NCBI GenBank assembly: GCA_963762565.1
Contig: CAVXLD010000001.1
Location: forward strand, 96,001-160,000
Direction of reading: 5' to 3'
Length of the DNA: 64,000 bases
Source: an uncultured Verrucomicrobiae bacterium
Lineage (GTDB): Bacteria; Verrucomicrobiota; Verrucomicrobiia; Chthoniobacterales; JAFAMB01
The position numbers and the translations under genes are program-made. Every line of letters begins with the position of its first letter. The first letter of the stretch is position 1. Shown in pieces: positions 18,652 to 28,388 of the stretch. The notes below the pieces were generated by a model that saw only the letters and a program-made list of their open reading frames with translations, was not told the DNA's origin and made no database searches.

Positions 18652-20064
18652 CAGCCCATATTGCTGCAACCGCCGGTAAAATGTGCTACGACTCAAACCG
18701 AGAGCTTCCGCAGCGCGTCGAGCATTACCACCGTACCGATTAAGCGCTTTCTTGATTAACAACTTCTCGATGTCCTCCAAGGTCATTTCATCGAGGCGCG
18801 ATGAATCAGACGGAGTTTGTCCTCCGATATCGGCCAAGCCGAGATCCGGAGGCCGGATCTGAGCACTGTCTGTCATCAGAACGGCGCGTTCTATGGTGTG
18901 ATCGAGTTCCCGCACGTTCCCCGGCCACCGATGATAGGTGAGAGCCTTCTCGGCAGCAGGGTCAATCCCGGTAATCCGCTTAGCGTACCGGCTAGCATGA
19001 CGGTCCAAGAAGTGTTGGGCCAACGGAACGATGTCTTCCGGCCGGTCGCGCAAAGGCGGAATCTGAATCTCGACTGTTCGCAGTCGGAAATAGAGGTCTC
19101 GCCTGAACCGGCCCGATTCAACCTCAGCCGGTAAATCGGAATTCGTCGCCGACAAAAGCCTGACACTCGCGCGCCGAGTTTTGGAAGAACCGAGCCGCTC
19201 AAACTCGCCGGTCTCAACCGTGCGCAAAAGTTTGGCCTGTTGCGAGAGTGGAATATTCCCGATCTCATCCAGAAATAAGGTCCCTCCGTCGGCGATCTCG
19301 AAACGTCCGGCCCGCTCACTCTTGGCGTCCGTAAAGGCTCCTTTCATGTGGCCGAACAGTTCGCTTTCAAACAGGTTCTCGTTCAGGCCTCCCATGTTGA
19401 CTGTCACAAAGGCCTTTTCAGCTCGCTGACTGGCGACATGAATCGCTCGCGCCACCACGCCCTTTCCCGTCCCGTTTTCGCCGGTGACCAAGACATTCGC
19501 ATCAGAAGGCGCAATTCGTTGGATCGTCTCGACGACGGCGCGCATTCCCGATGATTGGGCGATTAGTCCAGTGGTCGCTAACGCCGTTTTCCGACTGGGC
19601 ATCAGGCCGGCATCTCCGCGAAGGACCTGATTTTCCGACTCCAATCGCTCGCCGCGCAGCTCGGCAGCCGAAAAATCAAGCTGCGTGCGCACAATGGCCG
19701 AGACGCGCGAATTTTCCCAGGGCTTTTCAAAGAAGTCCCGAGCGCCGGTTCGCATGGCAGCAACCGCCAGATCGACCGTCGCCCACGCCGTCATGACTAC
19801 AATTGGTGGAGCGCCCTCGATTTTTTTGATCTGGGCGATAAGCTCGAGACCTTCCTGGCCGCCCGTCGTATCACGAGCGTAATTGAGGTCCAACAATATC
19901 AGCGAGACCTCGCTATTTTCGAGAGTCTCCATCACCTCTTTAGGAGAAGTCGCCAACGCAGTCTCGTACCCTTCCTTCGCGAGAAGTATTCGGAGCGCCT
20001 CCCGGACAGCGGCTTGGTCATCGGCGATCAGGATGCGGGGTTTTTTTGCGGGTTCTCGGTTCAC
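18649..20064 (-). CDS. Sigma-54-dependent response regulator (NtrC family)
   Basis: REC (ILIADD, LLDLN), AAA+ GENGTGK, GAFTDA, LFLDEIG, WPGNVREL, Fis HTH; start moved to GTG 20064 because the upstream codons are repeat DNA. Confidence 0.95.
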   Translation of the reverse strand: MNREPAKKPRILIADDQAAVREALRILLAKEGYETALATSPKEVMETLENSEVSLILLDLNYARDTTGGQEGLELIAQIKKIEGAPPIVVMTAWATVDLAVAAMRTGARDFFEKPWENSRVSAIVRTQLDFSAAELRGERLESENQVLRGDAGLMPSRKTALATTGLIAQSSGMRAVVETIQRIAPSDANVLVTGENGTGKGVVARAIHVASQRAEKAFVTVNMGGLNENLFESELFGHMKGAFTDAKSERAGRFEIADGGTLFLDEIGNIPLSQQAKLLRTVETGEFERLGSSKTRRASVRLLSATNSDLPAEVESGRFRRDLYFRLRTVEIQIPPLRDRPEDIVPLAQHFLDRHASRYAKRITGIDPAAEKALTYHRWPGNVRELDHTIERAVLMTDSAQIRPPDLGLADIGGQTPSDSSRLDEMTLEDIEKLLIKKALNRYGGNARRAAEALGLSRSTFYRRLQQYGL

Positions 20065-20360
20065 GGTTCGCAGTTCACGGTTGGCGGTTGCGGTTGGAGT
20101 TGTTCCTCGTCCTCGTTCACGTCGTCGTCCTCGTCCTCGAAAGGTTTGCACCGGGACCCAGCGGCAACATCCGCTCTATGTTGATACAGGAAATAACAAT
20201 CATCGAAAAAGCCTTACAAGATACGCGTGACCAGTAGAAAGGCCCATTCGCGAAGAATTAGCAACAACTTCTCATTGGTTGCGTGAGGATAACCGAGGGG
20301 ACAACCGCAAACTGCAAGCCGCTAACCTTGACACCCTCGAGGACGAGGACGAGAACGATT
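20051..20360. repeat. Interleaved CGGTT-family and CTCGTC-family inverted arms
   Basis: GGTTCACGGTTCGCAGTTCACGGTTGGCGGTT ~20051-20095 / AACCGCAAACTGCAAGCCGCTAACC 20303-20327; GTCGTCCTCGTCCTCGA ~20102-20140 / TCGAGGACGAGGACGAGAACGATT ~20336-20360. Confidence 0.75.
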
Positions 20361-20430
20361 ATCAGCCAGCAGCCGTGCCCCGCACTGTGTGCATTGACGA
20401 CGCTGAGGGTGTTAGTAGACTCCGCAACCA

Positions 20431-20793
20431 ATGGAAGTGATTAATCGTAACGAGGTCGCGGCATTCGTCGGACCGGATGGCGGCATTATCCGGGAGCTTG
20501 CTGCTAGCCGGAATTCATCGGCCCGAAAACAGAGTTTGGCCGAGGCTACGATTCCGGTCGGAGGAACGGTTACCGAACATTTTCACAAAACCACAGAAGA
20601 GTTTTACTACATCCTCAGCGGAACCGGCCTGATGAAGATCGAGGACGAACTGAGAGAAGTGGGTCCGGGAGACACGGTTATTATCATTCCCGGTAAACGC
20701 CACAAGATCACAAACAACGGCCAAGTTCCGTTAGTTCTGCTGGCGTGCTGTTCACCTGAATGGACTGCAGAAGATCAGGTGCTGGTGGACTGA
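20431..20793 (+). CDS. Cupin domain protein
   Basis: EHFHKTTEEFYYILSGTG and GDTVIIIPGKRHKI cupin motifs. Confidence 0.92.
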   Translation: MEVINRNEVAAFVGPDGGIIRELAASRNSSARKQSLAEATIPVGGTVTEHFHKTTEEFYYILSGTGLMKIEDELREVGPGDTVIIIPGKRHKITNNGQVPLVLLACCSPEWTAEDQVLVD

Positions 20794-20801
20794 TTAAAAC
20801 C

Positions 20802-21306
20802 AAATTTCACCACAGAGACACAGAGGACACGGAGAACTGATCACAGACTAATTATAACACTTTACATTTATGGTGTGTATGCGATGATCGGAATATGGAA
20901 GGGTTTAGAAATGACCTAACGCATGCCGCAATCGGCATGGCCATCGAAGTACACCGGGAGCTCGGCCCCGGGCTCCTCGAATCGGCTTACGAAGAATGCC
21001 TCGCCTACGAGTTGCACCAATCCTCCTTGAGATTTGTTCGACAAAATCCCTTGCCTATCAAATACAAAGGCTTGGAGCTAGAATGCGGCTACCGGGTAGA
21101 CCTCCTCATTGAAGATGAGCTAGTTATCGAGTTAAAGAGCGTCGAAGAGCTGCTCCCGATCTTCGATGCCCAAGTCTTAACCTACATGAAGTTGGCCGAC
21201 AAGCATTTAGGGCTGTTGATCAATTTTAACGTGCCAATGCTGAAAACGGGAATCAAAAGATTTGTCCGTTGAGCTCCGTGTCCTCTGTGTCTCTGTGGTG
21301 AAATTT
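20802..21306. mobile_element. 505-bp cassette: GxxExxY gene between perfect 33-bp inverted repeats
   Basis: AAATTTCACCACAGAGACACAGAGGACACGGAG (20802-20834) and its exact reverse complement (21274-21306); lies between convergent cupin and NCS2 genes; mobility is inferred. Confidence 0.7.
20895..21272 (+). CDS. GxxExxY protein (PD-(D/E)XK nuclease superfamily)
   Basis: GPGLLESAYE motif; YRVDLLI..VIELKS (D..ExK); QVLTY; GLLINFN. Confidence 0.95.
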   Translation: MEGFRNDLTHAAIGMAIEVHRELGPGLLESAYEECLAYELHQSSLRFVRQNPLPIKYKGLELECGYRVDLLIEDELVIELKSVEELLPIFDAQVLTYMKLADKHLGLLINFNVPMLKTGIKRFVR

Positions 21307-21310
21307 TGTT

Positions 21311-22672
<1,362 letters not shown>

Positions 22673-22881
22673 GAGAAACGGGGAGCAGATTTTATCCCAA
22701 ACTGTTTAAGCAATCGGTGAGTTATTAGAAAAGGATAAAAAAGAACGAACGCAGCAAATGATGGGCAACTGTGCATTATTCTAAGCGAGGCGCTCCGGAA
22801 ACTGGGTAACAAAGCCGCCTAGAAACGGTCTGGCTTAAGCAGAAAGCGATTTTCCCCTCGTCGTGCGCGCACCCCGGTTTT

Positions 22882-23560
22882 TACCCCAAAGGGGTAATAG
22901 GACTCAGCCTGGGGTTTTAACCCCAGGAATGCGCCAAAAAAAAGACCCCCGCCCTGAAAGGGCGGCAGATTTTTGGAATGACAAATACATCAATATATTA
23001 TGTAATAGATACAATGTCTTAATCACTGGCACGCATCTTGATTCACCTTGTCTTTTCGACCAAGAACCGGGTCGCGTTCTTGCAATCTCAACAGCTCCGA
23101 TCTGAAGTTCACGCGTATCTTACTGCGACTTTACGCGCCCTGGATTGCGAACCCGTTCAGGTCGGCGGAGTCAGCGATCACGTACATCTACTCTTTGGTC
23201 TTTCCCGAACCGTCTCGCTGGTAGATGTAGTTAAACAGCTTAAAACCAGCTCCACGAAGACGATTCGAGAGAAAGGTCATCACGCTTTCAGTTGGCAAAC
23301 CGGCTACGGCGCCTTCTCAGTCAGCGAATCGAATAAAAGCGCAGTCATCGACTACATCATCAATCAAGAAATCCACCATCGTAAGATGACATTCCAAGAA
23401 GAAATCAGGGTGCTTCTAACCAAGCACAGTATGCGTTTCGATGAGCGATACGTCTGGGATTGAGACACTCTCAATCTGCCGCCCTTTCAGGGCGGGGCAT
23501 TTTTGGGGCGCATTCCTGGGGTTAAAACCCCAGGCTGAGTCCTATTACCCCTTCGGGGTA
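22882..23560. mobile_element. IS200/IS605-like (REP-associated) element with ~90-bp terminal inverted repeats
   Basis: TACCCCAAAGGGGTAATAGGACTCAGCCTGGGGTTTTAACCCCAGG...GCCCTGAAAGGGCGGCAGATT (22882-22971) mirrored at 23473-23560; each arm holds three small hairpins. Confidence 0.85.
23014..23463 (+). pseudogene. tnpA: IS200/IS605-family Y1 transposase with a nonsense codon at position 3
   Basis: ATG TCT TAA TCA CTG.. reads MS*SLARILIHLVFSTK; HUH motif DHVHLL, WQTGYGAFSVS, catalytic YIINQ..HH. Confidence 0.82.
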
Positions 23561-23632
23561 CAACCCCAACGTCCGAAAGATCGGCGCTTCGTTAGAACCT
23601 GACGTTCTTTCGGGAGGCGCACCCTAGCAACG

Positions 23633-24730
23633 TCACAAATTCCCTCGTTTTGCCTGCTCGCGTTCTAACGCTTCAAACAACGCTTTGAAATTACCTGCTC
23701 CGAAACCCTGACTGCCATGACGGCGGATAACTTCATAAAACACTGTTGGCCGATCCTCAACGGGTTGGCTGAAAATCTGAAGCAGGTAACCTTCTTCATC
23801 TCGGTCGACAAGAATGCCCCGACGCCCTAATTCGCGATAGTCTTCTTCAATCTCGCCGATCCGTGACGGTAGTTCTTCGTAGTAGGTCTCCGGCACCCGC
23901 AGAAAGTCGACTCCTGCCGCGCGTAAAGCATCAACCGTGGCAATGATATCTTTCGTCGCTAGAGCGATATGTTGCACCCCGGGCCCGCCGTAGTGAATCA
24001 GGTATTCCTCGATCTGGCTGCGCCTTTTTCCTTCCGCTGGTTCATTAATCGGAAACTTGATGCGTCCGGAACCGTTTTGCATGACTTTGCTCATCAGGGC
24101 CGAATAGTCAGTACTGATGTCTTTATCGCTGAAGTGGGTTAGCTGGCTAAACCCAAGGACTTCACGATAGAAATCAACCCAATGATTCATCTGCCCTAAT
24201 TCGACGTTCCCAACGATGTGGTCGATGGCCGCGATCCCGGTCTCTGGCGCCGGAGGCTGATTGGCGATTTCTTTAAAGCCTGGAAAGATCCCGCGATAGT
24301 TTCGGCGCTCAATGAAACTGTGTACCGTGTCTCCATAGGTAGCGATCGAGGCTCGCACGAAGCGTCCGCTGCCGTCCTCAAATTCTTGTGGTTCTTGAAC
24401 ACCTTTGGCGCCTCGGCGCAAAGCCTCTTGATAAGCAGCTCGAGCATCACTAACTCTCAATGCGATATCGCGAACGCCATCGCCATGACGCGCAATGTGT
24501 CGTGATACGTCTGGCGCAGAATCCGGAGCAAGTGGTGAAGTTAAGAGAAAATGAACCTGGCCTTTTTTTAGCAACCAGGAGGCGCGATCTCGCACTCCGG
24601 TTTCCAGACCTGAGTAGGCAATTGGAACCAAGCCGAGGGCCGTGCGGTAGTAATGAGCGGCTTGCCGAGCATTTGATACGTAGAACTCGACGTAATCAAT
24701 TCCGTGAAAATCGAAAGGATCTGAACTCAT
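23633..24730 (-). CDS. hppD: 4-hydroxyphenylpyruvate dioxygenase
   Basis: IDHIVGNV, FPINEP, GVQHIAL, GYLLQIF, GFGAGNFKALFE. Confidence 0.97.
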   Translation of the reverse strand: MSSDPFDFHGIDYVEFYVSNARQAAHYYRTALGLVPIAYSGLETGVRDRASWLLKKGQVHFLLTSPLAPDSAPDVSRHIARHGDGVRDIALRVSDARAAYQEALRRGAKGVQEPQEFEDGSGRFVRASIATYGDTVHSFIERRNYRGIFPGFKEIANQPPAPETGIAAIDHIVGNVELGQMNHWVDFYREVLGFSQLTHFSDKDISTDYSALMSKVMQNGSGRIKFPINEPAEGKRRSQIEEYLIHYGGPGVQHIALATKDIIATVDALRAAGVDFLRVPETYYEELPSRIGEIEEDYRELGRRGILVDRDEEGYLLQIFSQPVEDRPTVFYEVIRRHGSQGFGAGNFKALFEALEREQAKRGNL

Positions 24731-24857
24731 ATGGGCTTCTTCGGTTTTGAGTGACGCGTACTCCCAGACGCATCATTGGAGGTGATATTCAGGCTATCAT
24801 TAAGTAGAGAATGAAACAACGGAAAGGACGACCTTTGGTGGGGCGAGCCTCCGGAAA

Positions 24858-25084
24858 GACCGGTAGGGCGAAAATCTCGGCGCGCCCAACGGAAACCATT
24901 TTTTTTGTGACTCAATCGCGCCGGATTTGAGCCATGCGTGGGCCCTGCATCGTCCGGGACGCAATCGTTCTGTGGCGTGTCGAACCGTCGGAAGTTGCGG
25001 CTCCACGGAGCGGCTCAAATCCGGCGCGGTTAGACGTTTTAAAAAACGCATCCTGGGCGCGCCGAGATTTTCGCCCTACCGGTC
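24858..25084. mobile_element. MITE/REP-like element, GTAGGGCGAAAATCTCGG family, copy 1
   Basis: Perfect 31-bp IR 24858-24888 / 25054-25084; inner IR CGCGCCGGATTTGAGCC / GGCTCAAATCCGGCGCG; second copy at 43312-43529. Confidence 0.8.
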
Positions 25085-25639
25085 CTGGGTCGGCAAAGCG
25101 TGGGTACCCAAGATTCCGCGATCCGGAATACCATACGCCGTGCGCGACTCTGCAATGATACCAAGAGTATCTTTCGACTCGGGGACGAGACGATAAATAC
25201 GCCCTTTGGGGATAATCACATAATCACCGGGACGATAAGGCAGGATGCCGAACTCGGTCTCGAAGACACCAACCCCACGATGGAAGAAATAGAGTTCGTC
25301 GCCATCGACCGTTCGATAGAGGAACGGCATTGCCTCACGCCTCCGAGTTAAATAGAGCGAGAACGAACGCCGGGCACATGCCGCCATGGATTGCATCAAC
25401 AAGGCCGGCGTTCCTTTCGGGTCCGCTAAATCCAGCGTCTCGATCGTCCGGCAATCCATAGCGATCGGCTTTAGAGAACCTTCAATCCGCTTCCAGGCCG
25501 AGGGCATCTCTTTAGCGTAAAGATGGGTGGCTTCACCAAAAAAGCCTTCGCGGCCATACTCCATTTCATAGGTCCCTTCCGGGACACCAACGTGCGCCTG
25601 ATTCGGATAAACGCCGTTTTTAAGGGGGAAGCGCTGCAT
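25076..25639 (-). pseudogene. hmgA: Homogentisate 1,2-dioxygenase, N-terminal half only
   Basis: GTYEMEYGREGFFG, FLYRTVDGDELYFFHRG.G.FETEFG, GDYVIIPKG; only ~187 aa with the stop supplied by the IR element; directly upstream of hppD. Confidence 0.75.
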
Positions 25640-25704
25640 GCTGGCAATGTATTCCGGGGGCCGGGGAGCACAAGAGCGTGGCACGCGGTAAGGGGTGGCA
25701 GCAC

Positions 25705-25935
25705 AAGTAAGCAGTAAGCAGTTTAGGAGCTAGAATCTAGGAGCAAGGAGGGCGGGGGCTTGGCAGCCGACGGTGCGGGTGGCATGCGAGTAATCAGTGA
25801 TCGGTAAGTCAGTAGTCAGTGCTGAAGGCGGATCGATCACTGCTTACTGCTTACTTTGAGACTCCTGGCTATCTTTCGTCCAACGTCCGCCAGACCCCCG
25901 ACCCGTTAGCTCCTAGATTCTAGCTCCTAGCTCCT
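25705..25935. repeat. Two crossed inverted-repeat pairs (AAGCAGT and GGAGCTA families)
   Basis: AAGTAAGCAGTAAGCAGT 25705-25722 / 25839-25856 (perfect); GGAGCTA arms 25724-25750 / 25907-25935. Confidence 0.85.
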
Positions 25936-25978
25936 CTTTTTTCGAGCTTTCTGAACGATTCCGGCTATAAACCCTGGC

Positions 25979-26392
25979 GTGAACCTTTGGCAAAAATTGA
26001 GCTTATTGGCTGTGGTCGCCTTGCTCTTACCCTTCGTCGCTTCAGCTCAAGAGCAGGCAAGTAAGTATCATTACGACGGGATCTACAAAGGGACGGTCCT
26101 GATCGACCTTTTGGTGAACGGAAATGACAAGCAACGGGCTAAGGCCCAGGCCGTTTTTTATCCGGACGGGCGCCTGCTCGTGTTGACGGTCGAATCGCCG
26201 CAAGTTCGCAACCCGATGAATATCAAAGGCGTGCTCCGAAAAAACGTCTTTACCGGAAACTGGAAGAAAGGGCTCTTCGGGACTGATCTTTCTGTCGAAG
26301 CCACCTTCCACAGTGGCTCCGCTGTACTCATCGTTACCGAGAAAAACAAGAAACCTGAGAAATGGTTCTTTACGAAGGTAAGCGGAGCGTGA
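25979..26392 (+). CDS. Secreted hypothetical protein
   Basis: 137 aa with a signal peptide (KLSLLAVVALLLPFVASA-Q) and a beta-rich mature part. Confidence 0.75.
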   Translation: MNLWQKLSLLAVVALLLPFVASAQEQASKYHYDGIYKGTVLIDLLVNGNDKQRAKAQAVFYPDGRLLVLTVESPQVRNPMNIKGVLRKNVFTGNWKKGLFGTDLSVEATFHSGSAVLIVTEKNKKPEKWFFTKVSGA

Positions 26393-26427
26393 CTTCGTTG
26401 TGAGAAGTGATGGTGAGGCGAGGCGGC

Positions 26428-26467
26428 CTCCTGGCTCCTAGATTCTAGCTTCTAGCTTCTAGCTCCT
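26428..26467. repeat. Solo GGAGCTA-family arm overlapping the TetR stop
   Basis: CTCCTGGCTCCTAGATTCTAGCTTCTAGCTTCTAGCTCCT. Confidence 0.8.
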
Positions 26468-27093
26468 TTTTTGGATCGCTTCGGCGCTGTTTCTTGGGCC
26501 TGGTGCAAGCGCGCGAGCATCATCTCGATAGCTGTGTCCAGACAATGTTGCGCGGAGTATAACGTTAGGGCCCCATGGCTTCGCCGGAGAGAATCTATGA
26601 AGATGACTCCTTCCAGCATATCGATGAGCATCTCAACGTCCGCGCCGCGCCGCGGTTTTTTTTGCTGCGAGGTCAACAGCGTGTTCATCGCCGAACGCAT
26701 CGGCCTGAAAACGTCGTGCAAGACGTCGCGATGATCTTTGCTGAAATGATGCAACTCACCGAGCAGTACCCGGATGATAGGCAGACTCTCATCCATTAGC
26801 CGGTGTTGAAGCTTGGCGTAATGTAATAAAGCGGCGCGCAGGTCGCCGGGTGGCTCGTGCACAACAGGCGGCTCAATCCGCCGCGCAAAAAAACGTTCTA
26901 CTACGGCGCGCAAAAGCTTTTCCTTCGTGCCAAAGCGGCGAAAGAGCGTCATTTCGCTGAGGCCGGCTTCGATGGCGATTTCCCGGGTGGTAGCGCCTTT
27001 TAGGCCTTTACGCGCAAATACCCGGGCGGCAGCATCAAGAAGTCTTTCTGCAGCGTTGCTTCTTTGGGGGGTCTGACTCTGGGGTCGACGCAC
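26452..27093 (-). CDS. TetR/AcrR family regulator
   Basis: LLDAAARVFARKGLKGATTREIAIEAGLSEMTLFRRFGTKEKL HTH. Confidence 0.93.
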   Translation of the reverse strand: MRRPQSQTPQRSNAAERLLDAAARVFARKGLKGATTREIAIEAGLSEMTLFRRFGTKEKLLRAVVERFFARRIEPPVVHEPPGDLRAALLHYAKLQHRLMDESLPIIRVLLGELHHFSKDHRDVLHDVFRPMRSAMNTLLTSQQKKPRRGADVEMLIDMLEGVIFIDSLRRSHGALTLYSAQHCLDTAIEMMLARLHQAQETAPKRSKKGARS

Positions 27094-27178
27094 TGATTAC
27101 CGCAAGCAAAGTCGCAAATGCTAGGCGCAAGTCAACTTTTAATCATACTTAACCTCTTACATCGGTTGATATTACGTT

Positions 27179-27269
27179 GAGGGGTTTGCAGTTTGCGGTT
27201 GACGGTTGGGGGTGGCGGCTTCGGCCGTCAATGAACCGCTAACGGCAAACCGCCAACCGCCCAACCCTC
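27179..27269. repeat. CGGTT-family inverted arms
   Basis: GGTTTGCAGTTTGCGGTTGACGGTT versus AACCGCTAACGGCAAACCGCCAACC. Confidence 0.7.
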
Positions 27270-27272
27270 AGG

Positions 27273-27290
27273 CCGTCACAGAAATGTCAC
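27273..27290 (+). promoter_or_regulatory. Putative Pho box
   Basis: CCGTCAC-AGAA-ATGTCAC: GTCAC direct repeats 11 bp apart, ~60 bp upstream of pstS. Confidence 0.65.
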
Positions 27291-27349
27291 AAAGCAGAGT
27301 TTGCCCGAAGCGCGACTTTCGATCAGTGGAAGAATGACTGCTTCAGACT

Positions 27350-28366
27350 ATGAAAACTACCTCATCACGGTTTGCCGGGTTGATCGCGCTGATCGCGATT
27401 TCGCCTCTGTCAGTTCACGCAGCTACCCAGCTGCAGGGAGCGGGAGCAACCTTTCCGGCACCACTCTATCAGCGTTGGATCGCTGAGTTCTCCAAAGCAA
27501 ACCCAGGAATTCAGATCAATTATCAAGGCGTTGGGAGCGGCGCGGGTATCAAGCAATTCACAGACGGTCTGGTGACGTTCGGCGCAAGCGATGCCGCAAT
27601 GACTGACGCACAAATTGCTAAAGTAAAGCAAGGCGCGGTGCTGATTCCAGCGACCGCCGGCAGCATTGTATTGGCCTACAACCTCCCTGGGGTTGAAACT
27701 CTGAAGTTGTCTCGCGACGCATACGCCGGGATCTTCTTGGGCAAGATCACCAAATGGAGCGACCCGGCTATAACGAAGACCAACGAGGGGGTAAAGCTTC
27801 CAGATTTGAACATTACGGTTTGCACCCGCTCTGACAGCAGCGGCACAAACTTTGTATTTACGGGCCACTTGTCTGCTATAAGCGCCGATTTTAAGAACCA
27901 AGTTGGACAGGGAACGTCTGTGACCTGGCCTGCGGGTGTGGCCGGCCAAGGCAATGACGGCGTCACCGCGCTCATTAAACAAACCCAAGGCGCCATCGGT
28001 TACGTCGAGTACGGTTACGCAAAGAATAACAAGATTCCTTTCGCACAACTACAGAACAAAGCAGGCGAGTTCGTAGAGGCCACCCCGGCGTCTGGAGCAG
28101 CAACGCTAAATACTACTGAGTTCCCGCCGAATATTCTGCGCGCTTGGCCGAGCGATCCTGCTGCGAAAGATGCTTATCCAATCGCCACGTTCACTTGGCT
28201 TCTCCTGTACAAGACCTACAGCGACAAAGACAAGCTCGCAGAGCTAAAGAAGTTCGTAACATATGGGTTGACCGATGGCCAGAAACTGTCCGACTCTCTC
28301 GGGTATATACCTATGCCTCCTGAGGTAGTGCAGAAGTGTGAGGCTGCGTTGGCCACCGTTCAATAG
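27350..28366 (+). CDS. pstS: Phosphate ABC transporter substrate-binding protein
   Basis: GAGATFPAPLY, GSGAG, RSDSSGT, GAIGYVE. Confidence 0.97.
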   Translation: MKTTSSRFAGLIALIAISPLSVHAATQLQGAGATFPAPLYQRWIAEFSKANPGIQINYQGVGSGAGIKQFTDGLVTFGASDAAMTDAQIAKVKQGAVLIPATAGSIVLAYNLPGVETLKLSRDAYAGIFLGKITKWSDPAITKTNEGVKLPDLNITVCTRSDSSGTNFVFTGHLSAISADFKNQVGQGTSVTWPAGVAGQGNDGVTALIKQTQGAIGYVEYGYAKNNKIPFAQLQNKAGEFVEATPASGAATLNTTEFPPNILRAWPSDPAAKDAYPIATFTWLLLYKTYSDKDKLAELKKFVTYGLTDGQKLSDSLGYIPMPPEVVQKCEAALATVQ

Positions 28367-28388
28367 AGCCCTTACTATAACGAATCCA

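Noticed and set aside
20065..20151. Long N-terminal extensions in the ORF track (also ribH, thyA, folE2, folA, acyl-CoA oxidase, DUF4105, RlmI-like, fadL)
   Set aside because: Mostly run through intergenic repeat DNA; recognisable homology starts at downstream codons
22673..22880. Purine riboswitch upstream of the NCS2 permease
   Set aside because: No recognisable aptamer core by eye; an Rfam scan would be needed
24731..24835. Possible C-terminal remnant of hmgA beyond the element
   Set aside because: Only a short stop-interrupted PEYHLQ-like stretch; too weak to call
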